Positions 32,075 through 42,000 of a stretch of 64,000 bases of DNA are shown one piece after another. The notes below the pieces were generated by a model. The model did no database searches. It was not told where the DNA came from and saw nothing but the letters and a program-made list of their open reading frames with translations. This DNA is from a virus. The DNA lies in the UHGV virus genome UHGV-1364187. One strand, 5' to 3'. Position numbers and translations under genes: made by a program. Numbering within the stretch: the stretch's first letter is position 1; each line of letters starts with the position of its first letter.

Positions 32075-33902
32075 CTCTTGGTTCAATTGTTGCTGGAATT
32101 ATCATTGCAACTGAACCATTATGTTCTTCTTCCTCAGTTGGTTCTTGAACTATACTTACAGAACCATTAGTTTGATTTCTATATTGTGATAATAAGTAAA
32201 TATTATCTCTATTATGAAGTTTATCTTCTAATGGTAAACTTACACTTTCATCATTAAGATTCTCTTCTTGTTGTTGCATAACTTCGGCTCTTGTTCTCAT
32301 TCTACTGCTAGAAGAAGTAAGACCTAAATTAGCAATATCATCTTTAAGAGTTTCTTTAAATACTGGAACAAATTTATCTATATCAACATCAAGTCTAATA
32401 TGATTTGGTGATGTAAATGGTTGGCAAATATAATATCTAGGAGTACATTTACCTCTACATTTAAATCTATTAAATGACATATATTTATCACCTTTACTAT
32501 CATATTCTACATCAATAATAGCTCCCCAATCAATTACATTAAGAATTAAAATTGACTCTGCTATTTGTGCTCTTCCTAATACTCTAGCTACATCTTGTAC
32601 ATTATTCAATCTAGCATTATCAGTTTTAGCTGTAGCATCACGATTTAATTGTCCGAATGAAATTACAGGGATATCTTTTAATATAGCAAATGTTTTCATT
32701 TCTTCTGCGACTTTTCCTAATTCAACTCTCATATCAGGACATTTATACGTAGATCTAATACAGTTAATATAATCAAAGATAAGAGCTACCATTTCAACTC
32801 CTTCATCTTCTAAATCTTCTGCCAATGTATAAAAATATCCTGTATCAACTGAACCATTTGGTACATATTTTACAATGATATCTATTGGAGATTCGTCAGT
32901 TAAACATAATTCTCCATCTTCTCTAAGCATTCTAATTACTTCATCAAGACTATAATTTTGTAATTCTGAGTCTGGCGTTAATGCTATATCGAATATACGT
33001 TCAATAGTTTCAGTAATTTGATTTTCCATTGTAAGTAATACAACAGCTGGTCTTTTTGTTGCATCTTTTGGTTGATAATATCTATTAGCTTTTTTCATTT
33101 GTAGTAATAAATTTGTCGCTAATAATGATTTACCAGTATTTGGACATGCAAAGTACATATATAAACGTCCACTTTCAAATCCACCATATGTAAGTTCATT
33201 CATACCCTGCATTCCACATAATAATCTATTATTATTTGATGATAATCTATCATAAGCATCAGTTACAACATTTTGAAATATACCATCTTTCAATGAAAAG
33301 ATTTGATCTGTCATAGATTGTGTTGCAACTCTTCTAAAATTAGATTTGATTTTATCTACCATAGTTTCAATTTCTTTAACAATTGCACCTTTAGATAGAT
33401 AATTACTTGACTTAAATCTAGTCAATACATCAATAAAATCATCTACATCATTGTAGATAAATGAGTATTTTAAAGTTTCTGATACTGTACCATTTACAAA
33501 TTCCAATTCTTCTGTAGATAAAATAAAGTCTTCATAATTTATATCTAAAACATTGTCGTCCATAAACCCATCGTTTATATATTTAATGATAACGTCTGGT
33601 TGTCTTAAATTTTTATCTAATCTTGCTTCTAGAGCTTTTTTAATAAATCTAATCCTCTTCATCTTCTCAGGATCAGATTTATAAATATCCATATTTATAA
33701 TTTCAAATAAGTTTCTTAAACTAATTAGGTGAGATCTCTTTACTGATAAATTTAATGATAGTGTATAGAAACACATAAGATTTAAAGATGTCAAATCAAA
33801 ATTGACATCTATTAAATTTACTTTAGATTTATCTTTTACTACATTATGTCCTTGTCCTGTTATTCTTTTTCTTCTTGTAAGTGACATACTTCCTACACTC
33901 AT
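32055..33902 (-). CDS. DnaB/gp41-family RecA-fold ATPase (putative replicative helicase)
   Basis: GRLYMYFACPNTGKSLLATNLL Walker A at about residue 250. Start moved to the ATG at 33902, after GGAGGGG. C-terminus ends IIPATIEPRVKEVAL. Confidence 0.5.
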   Translation of the reverse strand: MSVGSMSLTRRKRITGQGHNVVKDKSKVNLIDVNFDLTSLNLMCFYTLSLNLSVKRSHLISLRNLFEIINMDIYKSDPEKMKRIRFIKKALEARLDKNLRQPDVIIKYINDGFMDDNVLDINYEDFILSTEELEFVNGTVSETLKYSFIYNDVDDFIDVLTRFKSSNYLSKGAIVKEIETMVDKIKSNFRRVATQSMTDQIFSLKDGIFQNVVTDAYDRLSSNNNRLLCGMQGMNELTYGGFESGRLYMYFACPNTGKSLLATNLLLQMKKANRYYQPKDATKRPAVVLLTMENQITETIERIFDIALTPDSELQNYSLDEVIRMLREDGELCLTDESPIDIIVKYVPNGSVDTGYFYTLAEDLEDEGVEMVALIFDYINCIRSTYKCPDMRVELGKVAEEMKTFAILKDIPVISFGQLNRDATAKTDNARLNNVQDVARVLGRAQIAESILILNVIDWGAIIDVEYDSKGDKYMSFNRFKCRGKCTPRYYICQPFTSPNHIRLDVDIDKFVPVFKETLKDDIANLGLTSSSSRMRTRAEVMQQQEENLNDESVSLPLEDKLHNRDNIYLLSQYRNQTNGSVSIVQEPTEEEEHNGSVAMIIPATIEPRVKEVAL

Positions 33903-33925
33903 TAATAATCCCCTCCATTTATTCA

Positions 33926-35107
33926 TTAGAGGTCTTCTATTATCTGTTTAACCTCTTCTGATGTTATACAATCATACCCTTCTTTAAGATTGATATAGAT
34001 TGCTATTTTTTCATATTTATCTAATTGTCCGTCAAGTAAAAATAAATATTGTTCTAATTCTTTATGCTGTTCTTTTACTTGTTCAACAATCTTTCTCTTT
34101 TTAGAATCACTTTGTTTTATTTTTACTCTATTGTTATTACTATAATACTTTTTTATAATCTCGATTTTGCTTAATTGTTCCTGATTTGGTACAATTAGGA
34201 ATTCTAATCTTAGAAATTCTATATCTTCTAAAATAGAATTGACATAAAAAATAATCTCATCTGGAGATCTATCTATCATATCATCCAGATTAAGAGTTAT
34301 ATATTTTCTACATTCTATTTGCTGGAAATAACAATAATGTTCACTTGTATTACAATTATAGAATGATATAAAGAAACCTTTTGCCCCTTCATCGCCAAAT
34401 GACCATCTATACGGTGAACCACAGTAATAGAAATATTTATCAAAACATCCTGTTGTATGAACATGTCCTGATAATATATAACCTTTACAATTACAGAAAT
34501 CATTCATAGTAAATACTTTATTTCGTGGATTAGTATTATCTAATGTAATTACTTTATCTTGATATACTGCACCTTTATACATACCATGAACAACAGCAAT
34601 ATCATATAAACCACTTTCTTTCATTATATTATCATAATATTCTTGTGGTTTATTATATTCTTCTGGTAAACATAATACTCTAATACCTTTAATGATTTCA
34701 AATCTAGCTTGTTCTACTATACGGATATCTAATTCTGGATCACTTAAATAAGAATAGAATAACTTCAATTGTCCAGAATCATGTTCTTTAGTACCATCTA
34801 TGATTAATAAAGTAGCATTTTTTCTTTTTACTTGTTCTACTATATCTTTCATCAACAATAATCCATACATTATAGTCTGAGAATTTGCCATTTCTTTTTT
34901 ATGAAAATAATCTCCAGCAATAACAAATATATCATAGTTTATATTTTCTAATGGTGATAGCATCTGATCTCTGATAACAGAATATTGGTAGGATAAATCC
35001 ATCCTACCAATATGTAAGTCTGCAGTAGATACTATAGTTAATATATTATTTGGTCTTACATTTAAATTTTCATCTTCTGGTCTTGTAAACACTGCAGGAA
35101 TAATCAT
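33926..35107 (-). CDS. calcineurin-like metallophosphoesterase, Mre11/SbcD-like nuclease
   Basis: Motifs STADLHIG, FVIAGDYFH and ILSGHVHT. N-terminus is MIIPAVFTRPEDE. RBS AAAGGAG. Confidence 0.6.
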   Translation of the reverse strand: MIIPAVFTRPEDENLNVRPNNILTIVSTADLHIGRMDLSYQYSVIRDQMLSPLENINYDIFVIAGDYFHKKEMANSQTIMYGLLLMKDIVEQVKRKNATLLIIDGTKEHDSGQLKLFYSYLSDPELDIRIVEQARFEIIKGIRVLCLPEEYNKPQEYYDNIMKESGLYDIAVVHGMYKGAVYQDKVITLDNTNPRNKVFTMNDFCNCKGYILSGHVHTTGCFDKYFYYCGSPYRWSFGDEGAKGFFISFYNCNTSEHYCYFQQIECRKYITLNLDDMIDRSPDEIIFYVNSILEDIEFLRLEFLIVPNQEQLSKIEIIKKYYSNNNRVKIKQSDSKKRKIVEQVKEQHKELEQYLFLLDGQLDKYEKIAIYINLKEGYDCITSEEVKQIIEDL

Positions 35108-35121
35108 AATATCAAACTCCT

Positions 35122-35607
35122 TTAAATTGTATATTTATATTTAGGTGTTAAAGTGAATATATAACTTAAAACATTATAGATTGTTGTGATCAATGTTGCA
35201 TATATTTCATATTGGATATTATCATTACAAGATCCGAACTTAGATTGTTGATCATAATATCCATTATATGTAAATTGATTATTCTTAAATTCAAACTTAA
35301 AATAATTATTTGCGTGGGAGATTTTTAATGTGATGGCATTAAGTCTGATATTAATAAAGAATGAATTCTTTTCTGCATTCTCAATATTATATGAGAAACT
35401 AAAATCTTCATCTTCTACTTTATCAATATCAAATGCCGAACATGCATACACAAGATCTGTTAATACTGTTGATAAGTTTAATGAATTTAAGTTCTTTACA
35501 TACTTTCGTATACATCTCCATATAATGAAAGCTTTCATTATAGGAACAAATATTTTTAATTTAGTATTGTTTAGTTTTGTTAAAGATTTTACTGTTTGTA
35601 ATATCAT
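35122..35607 (-). CDS. hypothetical protein
   Basis: 161-aa ORF with RBS GGGGGAAGAG. Confidence 0.45.
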   Translation of the reverse strand: MILQTVKSLTKLNNTKLKIFVPIMKAFIIWRCIRKYVKNLNSLNLSTVLTDLVYACSAFDIDKVEDEDFSFSYNIENAEKNSFFINIRLNAITLKISHANNYFKFEFKNNQFTYNGYYDQQSKFGSCNDNIQYEIYATLITTIYNVLSYIFTLTPKYKYTI

Positions 35608-35608
35608 A

Positions 35609-36457
35609 TTACTCTTCCCCCTTTTTAAATATATTTGGAACTGTTATAAAATTATCAGATATAGTTCCAGCCTCATTTAATGTAGTATGAATAATATGTT
35701 CTTTATTATAAATTACATCTGGAATATTCATACCACGTTTTAATACTTCTATGTCAATATCATTACCGTCTGAATGAATAGCATATACATTTGACATAAA
35801 TTTTTTAACTTTTTCTTCATCACCATTAAATAATGATGTTACTCTATAAATAAATTTATCAATATTCATATGTGGATTATCAGGATAACTTTGTAAAGTT
35901 AAATCTTGATAGAATTGGTCAAATTCTGCTATATGTTTGGCTAATCCAACAAATTTGACAGATTTATCAAATTCAATATCAGATGAATCACCAGAATAGT
36001 ATATATAACCATTATAGTGATTTATAGCTAATGCATAACAGTTTTTATATTCCCCATGTTCTACTGGAACAAATAAAATTTCTGTGTCCATAATATCATT
36101 GTAATAATCTTTTACTTCATACATTAACGGATCAACTTTGCACATTCCAAGATATGCTACAATTGAACCTTTATCTGGAAAATATACGGTTGGCTTAATA
36201 CCTTTTATATAATTACAATATTCAATTAAAGAACCTAAACTGCCTACATGATCTGAATGAAGATGAGTAATAATAATATTAACTGTTTTAATATTATCAT
36301 CTATAAGTTTAAGTCTAAGAATCTGTTTAAAAATATCACCACCACAGTCTATAAGTGTAAATACATTATATTCTGGTAACACGAAAAATGCTGAATTGTT
36401 GTGTTGATCTTCATTAAAACAACTTCCTCTACCAATAAAATTTAATAATTGTTCCAT
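35609..36457 (-). CDS. metallo-beta-lactamase-fold hydrolase
   Basis: ITHLHSDHVGSLGSL (HxHxDH). C-terminus ITVPNIFKKGEE carries the shared motif. Confidence 0.65.
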   Translation of the reverse strand: MEQLLNFIGRGSCFNEDQHNNSAFFVLPEYNVFTLIDCGGDIFKQILRLKLIDDNIKTVNIIITHLHSDHVGSLGSLIEYCNYIKGIKPTVYFPDKGSIVAYLGMCKVDPLMYEVKDYYNDIMDTEILFVPVEHGEYKNCYALAINHYNGYIYYSGDSSDIEFDKSVKFVGLAKHIAEFDQFYQDLTLQSYPDNPHMNIDKFIYRVTSLFNGDEEKVKKFMSNVYAIHSDGNDIDIEVLKRGMNIPDVIYNKEHIIHTTLNEAGTISDNFITVPNIFKKGEE

Positions 36458-36474
36458 AATTACATCTCTCCTTT

Positions 36475-37200
36475 TTAATAATTTGAATTATATATTGGAT
36501 TTAAATTTTGAGTAAATTGCAATCTAGCATAATAAGTATATACAGCTCCACTAAATGTCTGATATGCAAGATTCATAAACTCAATATTTTCATTAATAGA
36601 TAAATCTACTATATGATTATTTGCTAAAGGTTTTGTCTTAGATAATTGTAAGATAAAACATCCAGCAATTTCATATCCTTCTTTTATAAGCATATCCATA
36701 TATGCAGCTAATTGACACCAATACTTATAACCAATATGATTAGATGTCTTAAAATCCCCTACATATAATCTTCCATTAATCTTTAGTATTACATCTATAG
36801 TCCCACCATAATATTCACATACAGTAGGTCTTTCTATAGCAAATACTTCTACGTTATAATCTCTATTAAGTTGATTCCACCATGTTTTAAATCCAGAAAT
36901 ACAATTGAAAATTTGATTAGATATATTTCTTGGATATATAGAATAATCGACTTCATAATTACTATCAATCATGATCTTATCACAAAGATCATGAACTATT
37001 GTTCCAATATTAGCATAAAAGTCTAGTTCTTCTTCATAATTTTTATGTCTAAAACCAAGACTATTTGCCCAATTAGTAATATAATCATCATGCATCAATG
37101 ATAATATTTCTGTTACTCTTGGTACATTTCTTCCATTACATTGATATCTATCACAAGATATATATGGAGAGAAATTCATATAAGATAAAATGTTATTCAT
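36475..37200 (-). CDS. PD-(D/E)xK family nuclease (RecB/lambda-exo-like)
   Basis: IERP...GTIDVILKINGRLYVGDFKTS...QLAAYMDM corresponds to the E, D, DxK and QxxxY motifs. Confidence 0.45.
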   Translation of the reverse strand: MNNILSYMNFSPYISCDRYQCNGRNVPRVTEILSLMHDDYITNWANSLGFRHKNYEEELDFYANIGTIVHDLCDKIMIDSNYEVDYSIYPRNISNQIFNCISGFKTWWNQLNRDYNVEVFAIERPTVCEYYGGTIDVILKINGRLYVGDFKTSNHIGYKYWCQLAAYMDMLIKEGYEIAGCFILQLSKTKPLANNHIVDLSINENIEFMNLAYQTFSGAVYTYYARLQFTQNLNPIYNSNY

Positions 37201-37283
37201 TTAACGTTCTCCTTTCATATAAGATTATTATAGTGTTCTAAATTAAGTAAAAAATAAAAAAGATAGAGGGTTTCCTCTATCTT

Positions 37284-37694
37284 TTATTCTACTTCATACA
37301 CATCATATTGTGCATGTGAGATATTATAATCAAACCCTATTACATATTTTCTATCAGGATCATCTATAAGTTTTTGTATCTCTTTTGGTACTATATTAAT
37401 TATATTACCAACTCCAAAAGATATACATGTACTATCATAATTATCTTTATTTGTACTTGGTACTATCACCTTATGTTTTTTCACTTTACAAGTACAGTTA
37501 TCTAATGTATATTGATTAATACTATATATATTATAATAAATTTTACTATCGTCTAATGTTTCTAATATAGGACCATTCTCTTTGAGTAACTTATCTAAAT
37601 AATGAATATACAATGCTCTATCTTGATTCATATATACTGTTCTTTCTAAACTATCTTTTAATTTATTTACATCTAATTCGAGATTTATTAACAT
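37284..37694 (-). CDS. hypothetical protein
   Basis: 136-aa ORF. Bidirectional terminator hairpin at 37249-37288. Confidence 0.45.
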   Translation of the reverse strand: MLINLELDVNKLKDSLERTVYMNQDRALYIHYLDKLLKENGPILETLDDSKIYYNIYSINQYTLDNCTCKVKKHKVIVPSTNKDNYDSTCISFGVGNIINIVPKEIQKLIDDPDRKYVIGFDYNISHAQYDVYEVE

Positions 37695-37960
37695 GATAAT
37701 TCACTCCTTTTATTTTTCATATTTTGTTTACGAGCAATAGTAGCTCTTATTAAACATTCTCTTTTATTTTTCTTAATTACTTTTACAACTTTTTGATACC
37801 TTTTCTTACTTAGTTTACGTAATCTTACAGTTAAGTCCAGATGTACTGTAGATTTACTAACGCCGAATACTTCTGCTGTTTCTCTTAGAGTAGATTTGTT
37901 TTTTACATAATAATCCGCTTCATCTAAAATCCTTTGTTTAATACGTGCATTATTTCTCAT
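37688..37960 (-). CDS. SpoIIID-like HTH transcription regulator
   Basis: IKQRIL...YYVKNKSTLRETAEVFGVSKSTVHLDLTVRL aligns with B. subtilis SpoIIID IKERTIKIGKYIVETKKTVRVIAKEFGVSKSTVHKDLTERL. RBS AAAGGAGG. Conserved promoter upstream. Confidence 0.7.
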   Translation of the reverse strand: MRNNARIKQRILDEADYYVKNKSTLRETAEVFGVSKSTVHLDLTVRLRKLSKKRYQKVVKVIKKNKRECLIRATIARKQNMKNKRSELSC

Positions 37961-37984
37961 AACTAAATCCTCCTTTAATAATCT

Positions 37985-38016
37985 ATATTCATATATATAA
38001 TATATAATTGAAAATA
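37985..38016 (-). promoter_or_regulatory. conserved early-promoter element
   Basis: Minus-strand TTTTCAATTATATATTATATATATGAATATAG, then AAAGGAGG and the ATG of the SpoIIID-like gene. Confidence 0.5.
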
Positions 38017-38064
38017 TTATTACTTGAACATTTACATAATAACTTGTTAAGGAGGAATTGTAAT

Positions 38065-39021
38065 ATGAATGAAACTCAGTTTTTAAAGAAACTTAATGAA
38101 ACATATTTATTTAATGTCACAGACAATTATAGAATTATGATGACTAAGGCTGTAGTTGAATCTGATAGATTGAATATCAGAGATGACAAATTTGAAGATA
38201 TTAGAGCTTCTGTTAGTAGAAGACAAGTAAACTCAGTTATTAGTAGAACTATGAAATCTCCAGATGTTGTATTTATTAAACCTAGTATTCCATTACCAAG
38301 AGCATTAAAAGTATTTACTGTAAAGGATATTAAAACTCCTGGTAACCCATTAAAAGTATTCATAGATATATCAGAAATTATCTATGAAAAAGATGGTGAA
38401 TTTAAAATCGCTTCTGTAGATAAATTAATCGCTTATCTCACATCAGCAATGATGCAATTAATCTACAATTCAGAGCCTAATAGACTTATTAGTAATACAA
38501 CATTAATTGCTCCACTTAGAAGTGGGTTTGCTCAATTGGTATCATACATAATAGATTATCTATATAAGACTAGTAATCTTGACGGTATGAGAGATATGAT
38601 TAAACATATGGCTTCAATGTATTTTGATATTAATATTCTTAAAAGAGATTATAATATATCAAAAGATAGTATAGATGCAGCTGCATTAAAAATATCTGGA
38701 TTATCTAATAGACAGTTGGATGTATTAGAAATCTATACAGAAGATGATACATTTGATAATATTAAAACATTTGTAGAAACATTAAATGAATTACTTAAAG
38801 TACAAAAACTAACTATAGATGTTTTTATGAAAAAATGGTTAGACTTATGTGGTTCTGGTACTCAATTTGCATTAGAATATTTCCCATCATTGTCAGATAT
38901 GTTTACTAATGCTTATTGTTTATCATATATCAATAACCAAAAGACTATAGAAAAGATTGTAGGAAAAGATTTATCTTTATATTCATCTAAGCTTATAGCT
39001 TTAGGAGGAGGATTGATCTAG
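38065..39021 (+). CDS. hypothetical protein
   Basis: Start at the ATG after AAGGAGG. The track's 38008 start lies inside the promoter region. Confidence 0.5.
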   Translation: MNETQFLKKLNETYLFNVTDNYRIMMTKAVVESDRLNIRDDKFEDIRASVSRRQVNSVISRTMKSPDVVFIKPSIPLPRALKVFTVKDIKTPGNPLKVFIDISEIIYEKDGEFKIASVDKLIAYLTSAMMQLIYNSEPNRLISNTTLIAPLRSGFAQLVSYIIDYLYKTSNLDGMRDMIKHMASMYFDINILKRDYNISKDSIDAAALKISGLSNRQLDVLEIYTEDDTFDNIKTFVETLNELLKVQKLTIDVFMKKWLDLCGSGTQFALEYFPSLSDMFTNAYCLSYINNQKTIEKIVGKDLSLYSSKLIALGGGLI

Positions 39022-42000
39022 ATGAAAGTATTTGATTTAATGAGTAAATTACATAAGAGCACAGATAGTGCTCTTATGGAAACTCAATTGGGACATATTC
39101 CATTAGTATATGAATTACAGAAAGAGAAATTTCCAAGCAATATTAAATATAGACATGAATTAAGAGATTCTAATTCTTATAGAGTTCTTAAACAAGACTT
39201 TGTTAGAACAGGATTAGATGATTCTAAATTTATGAATGCTAATGATTTGTATAAAAATGGTAAAGTAAGAAAGATTATTTGTGTAGATCAAAATGGTTAT
39301 AAAGTGAATGATTCTACTATAAATATAATAATAGATGAAAGAACGTTCTTTATAAATTCAACAGATCCATATGCTGAATTAAAATATTGTATAGTATTTA
39401 TGGAAGATATAGTATATGATAAATCGTCTGTTATATTCGGTATAACAAATGGTATGTTTGTTGGTGGTATTGGTACTAATGAATGTATATCGTCTAAGAA
39501 TCTATTTATGGAAGCAGTGTTTACAACAGATGGGTTAATAGAACCTAAACAACTTAATGCTAGATATAAAGTATTTAAAGAAAATATATATGTAGTAAAG
39601 AATGGTAAGTTTTTATCTCACGATGTAACTCATGTATATGGAAATGTATTCAAAATTAATGATTTTACCGATACGGATAACTGGTTTGTTTATATTATAT
39701 ACTACAAAGATGAAGAATGTATAGATAATGTAAATAAATTAGAAAGTAAAATTAGAATTTTAGATGGAATGTTTCAAGAACTCCCAAACTATATAGAAAA
39801 AATGAGTGATGATTTTGACTATAGAATAGATCCAAATAAATCATATAAAGAAAATCTTCATGATATATTGAATTATATTTCAAATTATAATCATGAAGGT
39901 TTATTACAATTATATCTAGAGAATAAGACTTCTATTATAGAAGAATATACTGGAAAGTATATGATATCTTTAACTAAACCTGGAGATATTTGTGCTTATC
40001 TCCCAAGAAGAAGAAATGGAAAACAATATAATTATATAATTATGTATGTAAATGGATTATTATATAAATATCATGATGAGATAGAATATAATATTACCAA
40101 TATTAAAATACCATTAAAAGAAATCAATCATGAAGACGAGATTTTAATACAATTCTTTTTAGATTGTGGTAATAATACTTATAATACGACTTTTACTAAA
40201 GGTGCAACAAATACTATAAATTTTAGATATATTACTACCAATCCAGCTAATATAGAATTATATTCTCCAGAGTTTGAAGGAAAACATCTTTATGATTTGC
40301 CAGTAGATGATACAAGACCATTAAAAGTCGATTATGAGTATACTATGAATGGAAAAGATATGGAAGTTGAATTAGAAAATCCATATCTATATGGTAAAGA
40401 ATTAGCAATAGTGAATAAAAGACAGTTTAGACATCAAAAGATGCAAATACCAATTAAATATAGAAATAAATTAAGATATAAAGCATATTCTATAAGTACT
40501 ATATTATCTACATATAGAAACAATATTCCAAATAATATAGATGAATTTAATGCTTTATTTAGTAATATGACAGCTACATTAGAAAGTATTATAGATATAC
40601 CTAATGAATTAAATTTTATAGGAGTAGACGAATTCCCACCAGAATATTCTACAGATACATTTGCTATAGAATTAGAAGGATGTTTCTGGGTAGAAAAAGA
40701 AGATATATATAATATAGTGCTATTATCTAATGCTGGATCTAGATTATATATAGATGATCAACTTATGACTGTAGATATAAATGGTAGATTTAATGTAGGA
40801 GATGTAGATAATGGTCCTAATAGATGTAATATATTATTAGATAGAGGATATCATAATATAAAGATAGATTATGTCAATAATGTAGAACATCCATTATTAC
40901 AATTAGCATGGAAAGGATCTACAGAACAATACTATTCTATGATGAATGGAGATTTCTTATATCAAGAATTACCAGACTATTATATTCTTAAATTAAATGA
41001 AACAGATTTTAAATACTGTTTAAATTTTGGTCATTTTATCATGTTCAATGATGGAAGAAGATTATATGATAATGAGGCTTATGTAAAATTACATGGTATA
41101 GACCAAGTATATGATCAATCATATATAATAATATCAAAACCAATTCCAGAAGGAGATTTTATTGATATTTTCTATGTTCCAGATATAATTCTAGAAGTGT
41201 ATAGAGAAGATAGATTACCGGAAGATGGATATATTACTGTAGACAAAGATAATATGCTTAATACAAATCATCCAGAATTGTGTAATGTATATGTCAATGG
41301 TAAACTTATTAATCCTAAGCACATGATTAATCTAAATACTAATACTATGAAAATCAAATCTAATATTCACACTAAATCTTCAGTATGCGTATTAAAGACT
41401 AATATGTATGATGGATATACAGACGCAATATTTGAATATTCAAATGATGTATGGACAGAAGTAACAAATGGAATGTCACTAGAAGTAAAAAATAAATATC
41501 TTGGTGATTATGAAGATATTATCGATGAAGAACCAGATTATTTCAAACCACCATGTGTAGATTTAATATGGGCAATTATTAAGAAATTCTGGATAGATAG
41601 ATTTGGAGTTATCGATGCTGAAATGTTATTCCAATACAATGATGATCCAAGAGTATTAAGAAAGACAAAATTCTTACATGATTATATAGAATCTACAGAT
41701 TATGAAGATAACTCTAATATAGAATATAAATTATATGATCAAGATTATCATAAGTATCATAAGTTTATATGTAAATCACCAACTGCACTAAAATTTGGAA
41801 AACATGAAAATTTAGATCCTAATAAGAAATATTCTATCTCTATGAGTGTATCTTTATATTTAAATTTATCTCAACCAACAGATAGATTTTATTGTGAATT
41901 ATATGGAAGTGGTGGTACTAAACAAATTCCATTATGCTATAACCAAGAAACTTCTTTAGATATATCTCAAGTACCAAAAGTATATATGCTTAGATTATAT

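Noticed and set aside
38008-38064. N-terminal extension of the 38065 gene (track start 38008, MKILLLEHL...)
   Set aside because: The extension lies inside the divergent promoter region (atgaaaatattatta is part of the conserved element). A strong AAGGAGG RBS precedes the internal ATG at 38065.
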